Positions 1 through 7,996 of a stretch of 32,000 nt of DNA are shown here, one piece after another. The notes under the pieces were generated by a model. The model searched no databases and was not told the origin of the DNA. It worked only from the letters and a program-made list of their open reading frames with translations. Numbering within the stretch: the stretch's first letter is position 1; every line of letters begins with the position of its first letter. Made by a program: the position numbers and the translations under genes. Source of the DNA: Alphaproteobacteria bacterium (lineage in GTDB: Bacteria; Pseudomonadota; Alphaproteobacteria; UBA9219; RGZA01); the NCBI GenBank assembly GCA_010031785.1, contig RGZA01000003.1, positions 599 to 32,598 on the forward strand, given 5' to 3'.

Positions 1-978
1 AGGCAGCGCATCGGCAACAGGATTAAGCCCTGCACTTTCGCACACCGCCGTGATCAGCGGGAATTTTTGTGGAAAGGATGCGCCAAGCGCTTTGCGTGCA
101 TCAAGCATCGGGCGATGCCCTGCTTGCAATTGCCGCCAGATTGCGCGCGCGACAACATCACGCGGCGCTAACTCTGCCTGCTTGTCAACGCTGAGCATAA
201 AGCGCTCACCCGTTTCGTTGATGAGGATCGCGCCTGCACCACGCAGTGCCTCCGTTAGCAATGGCATCGGATCGCGGCCAATGGATAAAGCCGTTGGATG
301 AAACTGCACAAATTCAAGATCAGAAAGCTCAGCGCCTGCACGCGCAGCCATCGCGAGACCCTCACCGCGCGCCGCAACCGGATTAGTGGTATAGCAATAA
401 AGCTGGCCAACACCGCCCGTTGCCAGAACCACCGCCTTTGCTGGAAGAACCGCACGTTCCTGATCACGCACTACTTGAATGCCAATGACAGCACCATCCT
501 CTACAACCAGATCAACTGCGCGCCAACCCACATGAAAATGGATTGATGGTGTATTTTTTGCAGTCTGGATCAGTGCGCGCATCACGGCGGCACCCGTGCC
601 ATCACCACCGGCATGCACAATGCGATGCTTGCTATGCGCCGCTTCACGGCCAAGTGATAAATGCCCATCCGCCTGTCGATCAAACGGAACGCCCAGTTTT
701 TCAAGCCATGCAATTTGCGCGCTAGCATGTTCGGTGAGCATTTGCGTGCGTCCCTCATCCACAAGCCCCACGCCCGCAGCAATCGTATCTTCAACATGCA
801 GGCTTGGTGTGTCTTCTTCCGACAACGCGGCAGCAATGCCGCCTTGCGCCCATGCGCTTGCGCTATCTTCGCCGAGGGGAGCGCCAGTTAAAACCGTGAC
901 CAGATGCGGTGCAAGGCGCAGCGCCGTTGAAAGCCCGGCAATGCCAGCGCCAATAATAATGATGGGGTGGTCAGACAA
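1..978 (-). CDS. nadB: L-aspartate oxidase, partial (C-terminus runs off the left edge)
   Basis: Manual minus-strand translation from a probable TTG start gives SDHPIIIIGAGIAGLSTALRLAPHLVTVLTGAPLGEDSASAWAQGGIAAAL...ATGGVGQLY...NPVAARGEGLAMAARAGAELSDLEFVQFHPTAL, with an N-terminal FAD Rossmann motif and fumarate reductase/NadB signatures. Missing from the ORF track because it is open to the window edge. Confidence 0.9.
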   Translation of the reverse strand, partial: MSDHPIIIIGAGIAGLSTALRLAPHLVTVLTGAPLGEDSASAWAQGGIAAALSEEDTPSLHVEDTIAAGVGLVDEGRTQMLTEHASAQIAWLEKLGVPFDRQADGHLSLGREAAHSKHRIVHAGGDGTGAAVMRALIQTAKNTPSIHFHVGWRAVDLVVEDGAVIGIQVVRDQERAVLPAKAVVLATGGVGQLYCYTTNPVAARGEGLAMAARAGAELSDLEFVQFHPTALSIGRDPMPLLTEALRGAGAILINETGERFMLSVDKQAELAPRDVVARAIWRQLQAGHRPMLDARKALGASFPQKFPLITAVCESAGLNPVADALP

Positions 979-981
979 AAT

Positions 982-2292
982 TTATTCCTTTTTGCTGCGC
1001 GCAAGTCGCAATGCTTTCAATTCCAAGAGGCGCGTTGCAATATCCTTCTCATGACCACGCGGGCTTGGCCGGTAAAACTCCTGCCTTACCATAGCATCGG
1101 GGAAATAATTTTGTCCTGAAAAAGCATCGGGCGCATCATGATCATATTCGTAGCCTTCTGCGTAGCCCTGTTCCTTCATTAATTTTGTCGGTGCATTTAA
1201 AATATGCTTGGGCGGCATCAGGGAGCCATAGCGCGCTGCCGCAGCTTTGGCCACACTCATCGCCACATAAGCCGCATTAGATTTTGGCGAAACTGCCAAA
1301 TAAATAACCAGTTGTGTAAGCGCTAATTCCCCTTCAGGTGAACCCAGCCGTTCATAAGCCTGCCAGGCAGCAATTGCTTGTGTAAGCGCTGCCGGATTGG
1401 CTAGGCCCACATCCTCAACCGCAAAGCGCGTAAGGCGCCGTGCAATATAATGCGGATCCTCCCCGCCTTCGGTCATGCGGAAGAACCAGTAAAGGGCTGC
1501 ATCCACATCACTGCCGCGCAAGGATTTATGCAGGGCGCTGATTAAATTATAATGACTATCCTGTTTCTTGTCATAAAGCGGTGCGCGCTTTTGCAAGCGC
1601 TTGATCAGCGCCTCCTTATCCAATATTTCTTTGGGCGGCGCGGTTAGTAAATCTTCGGCCAATGTAAGAAGATAACGCCCATCGCCATCGGCCATAGCAA
1701 TCAGTGCGGAACGCGCTTCATCGGTAACAAGCAGTTTCTTGCCAGTATTTTTTTCAGCACGCGCTAGTAATTCTTCCTGTGCGGCTTCATCAAGGCGGTT
1801 CAGCACACATACTTGCGCACGCGATAACAACGCGCCATTAAGCTCAAAGGATGGATTTTCGGTCGTTGCACCCACCAGTATAACTGTACCATTTTCAACA
1901 TAGGGCAAAAATGCATCCTGCTGCGCACGGTTGAAACGATGAATTTCATCGACAAATAATAGCGTGCCAATGCCCATATCATGGTTTTTTTCAGCCGTTT
2001 CGAAAATCTTGCGCAATTCCACAACACCCGACATCACAGCAGATACCAGCTCAAACCGCAGCCCGACTTCGTTCGCCAGCAAACGCGCAATCGTGGTTTT
2101 GCCGCAACCCGGCGGGCCCCATAAAATAATCGAGGCTAAATGTTTGGCCGCAACCATGCGCGCAATCGGGCCATCATCTTTGAGCAAATGATCTTGCCCG
2201 ATTACTTCGGAAAGAATTTTAGGCCGCAATGTATCGGCCAAAGGCCGTTGTGCTGGATTTTCAAACAAGGATGTTTCTTTTGCTGGGCTCAT
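982..2292 (-). CDS. rarA: Replication-associated recombination protein A (RarA/MgsA AAA+ ATPase)
   Basis: 436 aa ORF with Walker A GPPGCGKTTIARLLA, Walker B LLFVDEIHRFN, VGATTENPSFELNGALLSRAQV and a C-terminal MgsA-type domain (PFGYxxxHDxPDAFSGQNYFPD-like). Stop overlaps nothing downstream; start overlaps the upstream protease stop by 4 nt. Confidence 0.95.
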   Translation of the reverse strand: MSPAKETSLFENPAQRPLADTLRPKILSEVIGQDHLLKDDGPIARMVAAKHLASIILWGPPGCGKTTIARLLANEVGLRFELVSAVMSGVVELRKIFETAEKNHDMGIGTLLFVDEIHRFNRAQQDAFLPYVENGTVILVGATTENPSFELNGALLSRAQVCVLNRLDEAAQEELLARAEKNTGKKLLVTDEARSALIAMADGDGRYLLTLAEDLLTAPPKEILDKEALIKRLQKRAPLYDKKQDSHYNLISALHKSLRGSDVDAALYWFFRMTEGGEDPHYIARRLTRFAVEDVGLANPAALTQAIAAWQAYERLGSPEGELALTQLVIYLAVSPKSNAAYVAMSVAKAAAARYGSLMPPKHILNAPTKLMKEQGYAEGYEYDHDAPDAFSGQNYFPDAMVRQEFYRPSPRGHEKDIATRLLELKALRLARSKKE

Positions 2293-3761
2293 CTCACCAC
2301 GACCGTGATGACATTACCGCCGCGATTAATGCTGATGCGCCACGCATTGGCAGAAAGTTTGAGCGCGGCTGTCACATCGCTCACGCTATGCGTTTCCTGA
2401 TTATTGATGCCCACAATAATATCTCCCGGTCGGATGCCAAGGCGCGCGGCGGCACTACCCTTGCTAATACTGAGCACAATCGTGCCTTCGCTATCATCGG
2501 GCAAGCCCAGATCTTGCGCAAGCGCAGGAGAGATATTAGCAATGCGTGCACCCGAAAGTGGCGTGGGACCCGTCAGGCTGATCTCGCTTTTGGTTACTTC
2601 CTTGGGTGCTTCAATAATTTTGACCGACACATCGCGCTTTTCACCCGCATGCAAAATGGTAAAGGTCAGCATGCTATTAATCGGTGCAGTTGCAGTGCGG
2701 TAATGCAGCCCCTGCTCATCATCAATATCTCTGCCATTAATCGCCAAAATCACATCGCCGACTTTAATGCCTGCCTCGCGCGCGGGGCTTTGTTTATGCA
2801 GCTCCCGCACAATCACGCCTGTTGGGTGATTAAGCCCAACGCTTTGCGCAATATCGCCAGTCAGCGTTTGCGCAGAAAGCCCAAGCCACCCGCGTACCAC
2901 CGCGCCGCCATGGCTGGCCGATTCAATCACGGTGCGCACAAGGTTGGCTGGAATAGCAAAACCGATGCCAAGCGAGCCGCCATCTTTGGAATAAATCGCC
3001 GATGGCACACCCACCAATTTTCCATCCGCAGAAACAAGTGCGCCGCCCGAATTACCGGGGTTAATCGCAGCATCGGTTTGAATAAAATAATTATAATCAC
3101 TGCCTGTAACGTCTGCTGCGCGCGCAACGGCTGAGATAATACCCATCGTCACGGTTTGCCCAACGCCAAACGGGTTGCCAATTGCTAGCACCACATCGCC
3201 GACTTGCGCATCATCGCTATCGGCCAATGCAAGCGTTGGGAAAGTTTCACCCTTGGTTTTTAATTTTAAAACTGCAAGATCACTGCGCTTGTCATCGGTA
3301 ATCACTGATGCTTCAAATTCACGGCGGTCCGAAAGTACAACAGTAATCTGGTCTGCGCCTTCAATCACATGATTATTGGTAACAACAATACCGTTTGCAC
3401 CCACCATCACGCCCGAGCCTAGCGAATTCTGCACCCGTTTTTGTGTGAGGCCTTGCGGCAATTGATTGCCAAAAAATTCACGAAACAGCGGATCATTCAT
3501 AAAGGGGGACATCAGGCGCTGGCGTACCACCGTTCGTGTATAAATATTTACAACTGCAGGCGCAACGCGCTTGATCACCGGCGAAAAGCTAAGGGCGATC
3601 TGTTGTTTGGATGTAGGAATTTCCTGCGCATAAACCGGCACACAGAAAGAAATTATTGCAATTACAATCAATAAACTTTCCGTCATGCCCGCCCAGAAGG
3701 ATATCTTTGGGGCGGGCATCCACGAGTTTACTTCTTTTCTATCTTTTATTTTTTTGTACAT
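2289..3761 (-). CDS. Do/DegP/DegQ-family periplasmic serine endoprotease with two PDZ domains
   Basis: Trypsin-like triad motifs NNHVIEG, DDKRSDLAVLKLK and AAINPGNSGGAL, two PDZ domains and a hydrophobic signal segment LLIVIAIISFCVPVYAQ. Start at 3761 is chosen because of GGTGAG 6 nt upstream; the alternative ATG is at 3686 (MTESLL...). The ORF track start at 3863 runs upstream through the second repeat arm. Confidence 0.88.
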   Translation of the reverse strand: MYKKIKDRKEVNSWMPAPKISFWAGMTESLLIVIAIISFCVPVYAQEIPTSKQQIALSFSPVIKRVAPAVVNIYTRTVVRQRLMSPFMNDPLFREFFGNQLPQGLTQKRVQNSLGSGVMVGANGIVVTNNHVIEGADQITVVLSDRREFEASVITDDKRSDLAVLKLKTKGETFPTLALADSDDAQVGDVVLAIGNPFGVGQTVTMGIISAVARAADVTGSDYNYFIQTDAAINPGNSGGALVSADGKLVGVPSAIYSKDGGSLGIGFAIPANLVRTVIESASHGGAVVRGWLGLSAQTLTGDIAQSVGLNHPTGVIVRELHKQSPAREAGIKVGDVILAINGRDIDDEQGLHYRTATAPINSMLTFTILHAGEKRDVSVKIIEAPKEVTKSEISLTGPTPLSGARIANISPALAQDLGLPDDSEGTIVLSISKGSAAARLGIRPGDIIVGINNQETHSVSDVTAALKLSANAWRISINRGGNVITVVVR

Positions 3762-3837
3762 TTTATACTCACCAAAAATAATAAAGTAAGTTCGTGGATG
3801 CCCGCCCCAAAGATATCCTTCTGGGCGGGCATGACGG
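3680..3837. repeat. Long inverted repeat pair: 46-bp perfect arms at 3680..3725 and 3792..3837 around a 66-bp spacer, each arm itself quasi-palindromic
   Basis: Left arm CCGTCATGCCCGCCCAGAAGGATATCTTTGGGGCGGGCATCCACGA is the exact reverse complement of the right arm TCGTGGATGCCCGCCCCAAAGATATCCTTCTGGGCGGGCATGACGG. Within each arm ATGCCCGCCC pairs with GGGCGGGCAT. Confidence 0.95.
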
Positions 3838-3892
3838 CATTTAGGATGAATATAGAACGCCACAAAAATGGGGCAAGAGTTTGGCTAGATTG

Positions 3893-4225
3893 TCAGGCCT
3901 TGATAATACCCGCATCAATCAGCTTGAGGCCAACAACACCAAGAATAATCAGCGCAATGCAGGCCAGCTTTGATACCGATACAGATTCGCCAAGATAAAA
4001 TACGCCAAGCAACAGCAGAAGCACCGAGTTCACGCCAATCCACACGGCATAGCCGGTGCCCATACCAATTGTTTTCATTGCAGTAGCCACAAAGAACGGG
4101 CCGGCAAAAATAAAGAACAGCGCCAAAAGACTTGGAACAAGTTTTGTAAAACCGCCATGGAGCTTAAGGATAAAGATCCATGCTACTTCGCAAAGCGCGG
4201 CAAGGATCATATAAAGCCAGGCCAT
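3893..4225 (-). CDS. SMR-family small multidrug/guanidinium exporter-like protein (SugE/Gdx/EmrE-like)
   Basis: 110 aa, four hydrophobic segments, conserved Glu in AALCEVAWIFILK, and GTGYAVWIGV typical of the SMR family. Confidence 0.88.
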   Translation of the reverse strand: MAWLYMILAALCEVAWIFILKLHGGFTKLVPSLLALFFIFAGPFFVATAMKTIGMGTGYAVWIGVNSVLLLLLGVFYLGESVSVSKLACIALIILGVVGLKLIDAGIIKA

Positions 4226-4234
4226 GCGGGGGCC

Positions 4235-4555
4235 CTACTTACACATCTTCATGCAATCGCGCATCGCCTGATCACAGCCCGCTGATGCGCCGATGATTTG
4301 CGCAGGCGCATCAAACAACGCCGTATTGGTATTGCGTGAAGGTGGACCGGCCATGCACAGGTCATGATCATTGTTGCATGCGCGCACGCATGCTTCACGC
4401 TTGGTATCGGTTGATGCAGATGTACGAGGGATAGGAATAGTGTCGACAGCTCTATCGCGGCCACGCAAATAGGAACAGCCACTTAGCATCGCCACACTGG
4501 ATAACACCAAAAGCGCGGCAAGTATCATTCCCCGCGTTTTCGATGCATATCGCAT
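4235..4555 (-). CDS. Small putative lipoprotein
   Basis: Best start is M93 of the track ORF: MRYASKTRGMILAALLVLSSVAMLSGCSYLRGRD..., with a signal peptide and lipobox LSGC followed by a Cys-rich C-terminus (CVRACNNDHDLCMAG...GCDQAMRDCMKMC). The upstream part of the track ORF only overlaps rplQ. Confidence 0.65.
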   Translation of the reverse strand: MRYASKTRGMILAALLVLSSVAMLSGCSYLRGRDRAVDTIPIPRTSASTDTKREACVRACNNDHDLCMAGPPSRNTNTALFDAPAQIIGASAGCDQAMRDCMKMCK

Positions 4556-4556
4556 A

Positions 4557-4991
4557 TTAGGCCGCCTTTTCAGAAACAGTATCCAGTTGCTCTTCATTTT
4601 GCTTAGGACCGCTGTCCTTACCCTTTGCGGATACATCGCGGTCAACCAGTTCGATGATTGCAACGGCAGCAGCATCGCCATAACGAAAGCCTGCCTTGAG
4701 AACACGGGTGTAACCACCGGCGCGCTTTGCATAACGCGTTGCAATGGTATCAAACAATTTTGCAACCATCGCGTCATCACGCAATGCTGCAAAAGCCAGA
4801 CGGCGATTGGAAAGGCCACCTTTTTTACCAAGGGTGATCAGACGTTCAACAACCGAGCGAAGCTCTTTAGCTTTGGGAAGTGTTGTTTTGATTTGCTCAT
4901 GCTTGATGAGACTTGCAGCCATATTCGAGAACATCGCTTTGCGATGGCTTGATGTACGGTTTAATTTACGACCTGACATTCCGTGACGCAT
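4557..4991 (-). CDS. rplQ: 50S ribosomal protein L17
   Basis: [45 protein letters not shown] is a canonical L17 N-terminus; the gene lies after rpoA. Confidence 0.97.
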   Translation of the reverse strand: MRHGMSGRKLNRTSSHRKAMFSNMAASLIKHEQIKTTLPKAKELRSVVERLITLGKKGGLSNRRLAFAALRDDAMVAKLFDTIATRYAKRAGGYTRVLKAGFRYGDAAAVAIIELVDRDVSAKGKDSGPKQNEEQLDTVSEKAA

Positions 4992-5111
4992 AATACACTT
5001 CCTTCTTCTTCACTTGGTTCCCCGCAGGGATACCGATTAGTTTTGCTCCTACCCTTAACGGTATAGAAACAGCGGATCAGTATGATCCTTTTTTAGGCCC
5101 GAGGTTTTAGT

Positions 5112-5148
5112 CTAACGCCTTGGGCCTAACACCTTGGGCCTAACACCT
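5112..5148. repeat. Short tandem repeat, 14-bp unit (CTAACaCCTTGGGC), about 2.6 copies, in the rpoA-rplQ spacer
   Basis: CTAACgCCTTGGGC CTAACaCCTTGGGC CTAACaCCT read directly in the sequence. Confidence 0.85.
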
Positions 5149-5154
5149 CATTTC

Positions 5155-6177
5155 TCAGTATGGTTCTTCCATCTTCTTGAGTAATTCGTCGATATTTTCA
5201 GGCGGCCAACCAGCCACTTCCATACCCAAGGTCAGGCCCATTTGTGCGAGCACTTCCTTGATTTCGTTCAAGCTCTTGCGGCCAAAGTTTGGCGTACGCA
5301 GCATTTCTGCTTCCGACTTTTGAACAAGATCACCGATATAGATGATGTTGTCGTTCTTGAGACAGTTGGCAGAGCGAACTGAAAGTTCAAGCTCATCCAC
5401 GCGACGCAGCAGGTTCTTGTTGAATGGGAATTCGTCTTTAACTGCTTCAGCGATGTGTGCTTTTGGCTCTTCAAAGTTGATGAAGAGTTGCAACTGATCT
5501 TGCAAGATGCGCGCAGCAATCGCCACAGCATCTTCTGGAGCAATCGCGCCATTGGTTTCAACTTGCAGTGACAATTTGTCGTAATCGGTTACCTGACCGA
5601 CGCGGCTATTTTCTACTTTGAAAGAAACTTTGCGTGCAGGTGAGTAAAGTGAATCGATGGGGATAAGACCGATTGGTGAATCTTCCTTGCGATTTTGTGA
5701 AGCAGGAACATAACCCTTGCCCGTTTCAACGGTGAATTCGATGTTGAGCTTAGCGCCGTTATCGAGCGTGCAGATCACCAGCTCCGGGTTCATGATTTCG
5801 ATTTCCGAACCGGTTTGGATGGCTTTGGCGCGAACTTCGCCTGGACCTTCTGCTTGAAGGCGCATCTTGCGTGGGCCTTCGCTGTGCATACGTAAAGCAA
5901 GGGATTTAATGTTCAGAACAATATCGGTTACGTCTTCGCGCACACCAGGAATGGATGAGAACTCGTGCAACACGCCATCAATCTGGATGGAGGTTACAGC
6001 AGCGCCTTGCAAGGATGACAAAAGCACGCGGCGCAGTGCGTTACCAAGGGTGGTACCAAAACCGCGTTCCAGAGGTTCTGCAACAATGGTTGCAAAACGG
6101 GTTAGATCAACGCTTTGTCCAATTTGCTTATTAGCTTGAATAAGTTGCTTCCAGTTTTTCTGCAGCATCTGCGACAT
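5155..6177 (-). CDS. rpoA: DNA-directed RNA polymerase subunit alpha
   Basis: 340 aa with [45 protein letters not shown] and C-terminal [48 protein letters not shown]. Confidence 0.98.
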   Translation of the reverse strand: MSQMLQKNWKQLIQANKQIGQSVDLTRFATIVAEPLERGFGTTLGNALRRVLLSSLQGAAVTSIQIDGVLHEFSSIPGVREDVTDIVLNIKSLALRMHSEGPRKMRLQAEGPGEVRAKAIQTGSEIEIMNPELVICTLDNGAKLNIEFTVETGKGYVPASQNRKEDSPIGLIPIDSLYSPARKVSFKVENSRVGQVTDYDKLSLQVETNGAIAPEDAVAIAARILQDQLQLFINFEEPKAHIAEAVKDEFPFNKNLLRRVDELELSVRSANCLKNDNIIYIGDLVQKSEAEMLRTPNFGRKSLNEIKEVLAQMGLTLGMEVAGWPPENIDELLKKMEEPY

Positions 6178-6245
6178 TCGTTTGTTCCTTGAAAAATGTG
6201 GTTAGAAAACAAAAACTTTAAAACGCCAAAAACAATCCAGCGCGA

Positions 6246-6674
6246 TTATACGCGGCGGCGTTTTGGTGGGCGTACGCCATTGTGCGGGATTGGCGTTACA
6301 TCCTTGATCGATGTAATAATAAAGCCAACCGACTGCAACGCACGCAATGCTGACTCACGGCCAGCACCAGGACCCTTTACTTCAACTTCAAGGCTGCGCA
6401 TGCCATGTTCCATCGCCTTCTTGCCCGCATCTTCAGCTGCCATCTGTGCAGCATAAGGGGTTGAACGACGCGAACCCTTAAAGCCAACAACGCCCGAAGA
6501 TGACCATGCAATGGTGTTGCCATTGTTATCGCTGATGGTCACAAGCGTGTTGTTAAAGGTGGAGTTTACCTTAGCTACGCCAACCGCAATGTTCTTGCGT
6601 TCTTTGCGCTTGGTACGTGGTGCGCCTGCTTTATCGCCGTCTTTTTTCGCAGGTGCTTTTTTTGCTTCAGCCAT
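6246..6674 (-). CDS. rpsK: 30S ribosomal protein S11
   Basis: [51 protein letters not shown]...[18 protein letters not shown]. Confidence 0.98.
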   Translation of the reverse strand: MAEAKKAPAKKDGDKAGAPRTKRKERKNIAVGVAKVNSTFNNTLVTISDNNGNTIAWSSSGVVGFKGSRRSTPYAAQMAAEDAGKKAMEHGMRSLEVEVKGPGAGRESALRALQSVGFIITSIKDVTPIPHNGVRPPKRRRV

Positions 6675-6712
6675 GATGATCTTCCTTAAATGTGCTCAAT
6701 TATTTCTTGCCA

Positions 6713-7093
6713 TTACTTCTTAGTAGCGATTTTCTTGCCAGCGATTGGTTTAGCCGGGCCCTTACGTGTACGCGCATTGGTGTGCGTACGTTGACCACGA
6801 ACCGGCAATCCTTTGCGATGACGTAAACCGCGGTAGCAGCCAAGATCCATAAGGCGTTTGATGTTCATCGCGATATCGCGGCGAAGATCGCCTTCTACTT
6901 TGAATTGACCATCGATGAATTCGCGAATTTTCAAAACTTCGTTATCGGTCAATTGATTGACGCGCTTTGCATCAGGAATAGCCAAGGCATCGCAAATCTG
7001 GCGCGCACGCAAAGGGCCTACACCAAAAATGTAACGTAACGAAATCCATACCGGTTTATTTGTCGGTATATTTACACCAGCAATACGAGCCAC
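6713..7093 (-). CDS. rpsM: 30S ribosomal protein S13 (probable GTG start)
   Basis: [15 protein letters not shown]...[51 protein letters not shown]. The track ORF starts 10 codons upstream ([10 protein letters not shown]), which does not belong to S13; the GTG at 7093 matches the canonical start. Confidence 0.96.
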   Translation of the reverse strand: MARIAGVNIPTNKPVWISLRYIFGVGPLRARQICDALAIPDAKRVNQLTDNEVLKIREFIDGQFKVEGDLRRDIAMNIKRLMDLGCYRGLRHRKGLPVRGQRTHTNARTRKGPAKPIAGKKIATKK

Positions 7094-7246
7094 GCGCTTC
7101 TCCCCCAGAGAATAAAAAAACAAAAACTCAAAAACAAAAAAAGCCGCACCAAATCCGCCCTTTAATCAGGCACATCCAGTCGGTTGCGCTTTTTTGTAAA
7201 ACTATATTCCTAAGAAACACGTCTTCCTCAGGAAATTGTGAGGCGG

Positions 7247-7275
7247 AAACTAAAGGCTAAGAACTAATGAGTCAA
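7247..7275 (-). promoter_or_regulatory. Candidate sigma70-type promoter for the rpsM-rpsK-rpoA-rplQ (alpha) operon
   Basis: Minus strand reads TTGACT - 17 nt - TAGTTT, located upstream of rpsM and downstream of the operon break. Confidence 0.4.
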
Positions 7276-7429
7276 GGATTTGTCTTTAATATCTTGTTAA
7301 TCGCTCAAAAACGCCTAATTGTTTGATTCTAAATGATTTTTTAATTTTGCACAAACTTCAGGCTTTGGGTAGCCTTTCAAAACCATACCGCCCTTCTCCA
7401 TTTCATCACATTATTATGAGGCATTATAC

Positions 7430-7762
7430 ATGAATCCCGCAATGGTCAGCTCAGGACTTGAAATAGCCGGGTATAAGATTGTCAAACATGTCGGCATTGT
7501 TCGCGGCATCGTGGTGCGCTCGCGCTCAATCGTTGGTAATTTTTTTGCAGGGCTGCAAACCATTTTGGGTGGCAACATTACCATCTATACCAATTTGTGC
7601 GAACGCACCCGCACCGATGCATATGCGCTCATGTGCAAGCATGCAGAAAAGAATGGCGCGAATGCCATCATCTCCATGCGATATGATGCAACGGAACTCG
7701 ATCGCGGCGTAACCGAAGTTTTATGTTATGGTACAGCCGTTATTGTTGAGGAGATAAAATAA
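7430..7762 (+). CDS. YbjQ/UPF0145 family (heavy-metal-binding domain) protein
   Basis: 110 aa: GYKIVKHVGIVRGIVVRSRSIVGNFFAGLQTILGGNITIYTNLCERTRTDAYALMCKHAEKNGANAIISMRYD is typical of the YbjQ family. Confidence 0.9.
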   Translation: MNPAMVSSGLEIAGYKIVKHVGIVRGIVVRSRSIVGNFFAGLQTILGGNITIYTNLCERTRTDAYALMCKHAEKNGANAIISMRYDATELDRGVTEVLCYGTAVIVEEIK

Positions 7763-7971
7763 TGAAAGCACTTACTATTTTCTGCTTCATTTTATTTCTG
7801 GCAGGCGTTGCGGCATTTCTTGGGCAGATGTGGTTCAGCCTGTGGAGCTCTGGCATTTTTCTTAAAATCATCATTACAGATGTCGCCCTGTTTGCGATTG
7901 CCTTTGTGCTGGCATTCCTGATTAAGGAAAACAAGGAAAGCAAAAACATCCATAATGGCGATTTGCAGTAA
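7762..7971 (+). CDS. Small two-TM membrane protein, translationally coupled to the YbjQ-like gene
   Basis: 69 aa with two hydrophobic segments (LTIFCFILFLAGVAAFLGQMWF and IIITDVALFAIAFVLAFLI). The ATG overlaps the preceding TAA by 1 nt (TAATG). Confidence 0.6.
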   Translation: MKALTIFCFILFLAGVAAFLGQMWFSLWSSGIFLKIIITDVALFAIAFVLAFLIKENKESKNIHNGDLQ

Positions 7972-7996
7972 TCATTATTCAGAATCTCGTTCGGGA

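Noticed and set aside
596-1054. 152-aa plus-strand ORF (and other short ORFs at 50..891)
   Set aside because: They lie opposite the nadB frame, which gives a clear FAD-dependent oxidase sequence; they are shadow ORFs.
2229-3134. 301-aa plus-strand ORF antisense to the DegQ-like protease
   Set aside because: It lies opposite a strongly supported coding frame with catalytic motifs, and the translation has no recognisable domain. Long antisense ORFs are expected by codon bias.
3680-3837. Insertion sequence or transposon
   Set aside because: The spacer is only 66 bp with no transposase and no obvious target-site duplication. At most it is a small non-autonomous or palindromic element.
4556-4831. 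N-terminal half of the track ORF 4235..4831
   Set aside because: It overlaps rplQ in another frame. The true product is more likely the lipoprotein beginning at 4555.
5112-5148. Possible CRISPR-like repeat
   Set aside because: The unit is only 14 bp, tandem with no spacers and no cas genes nearby; it is a simple tandem repeat.
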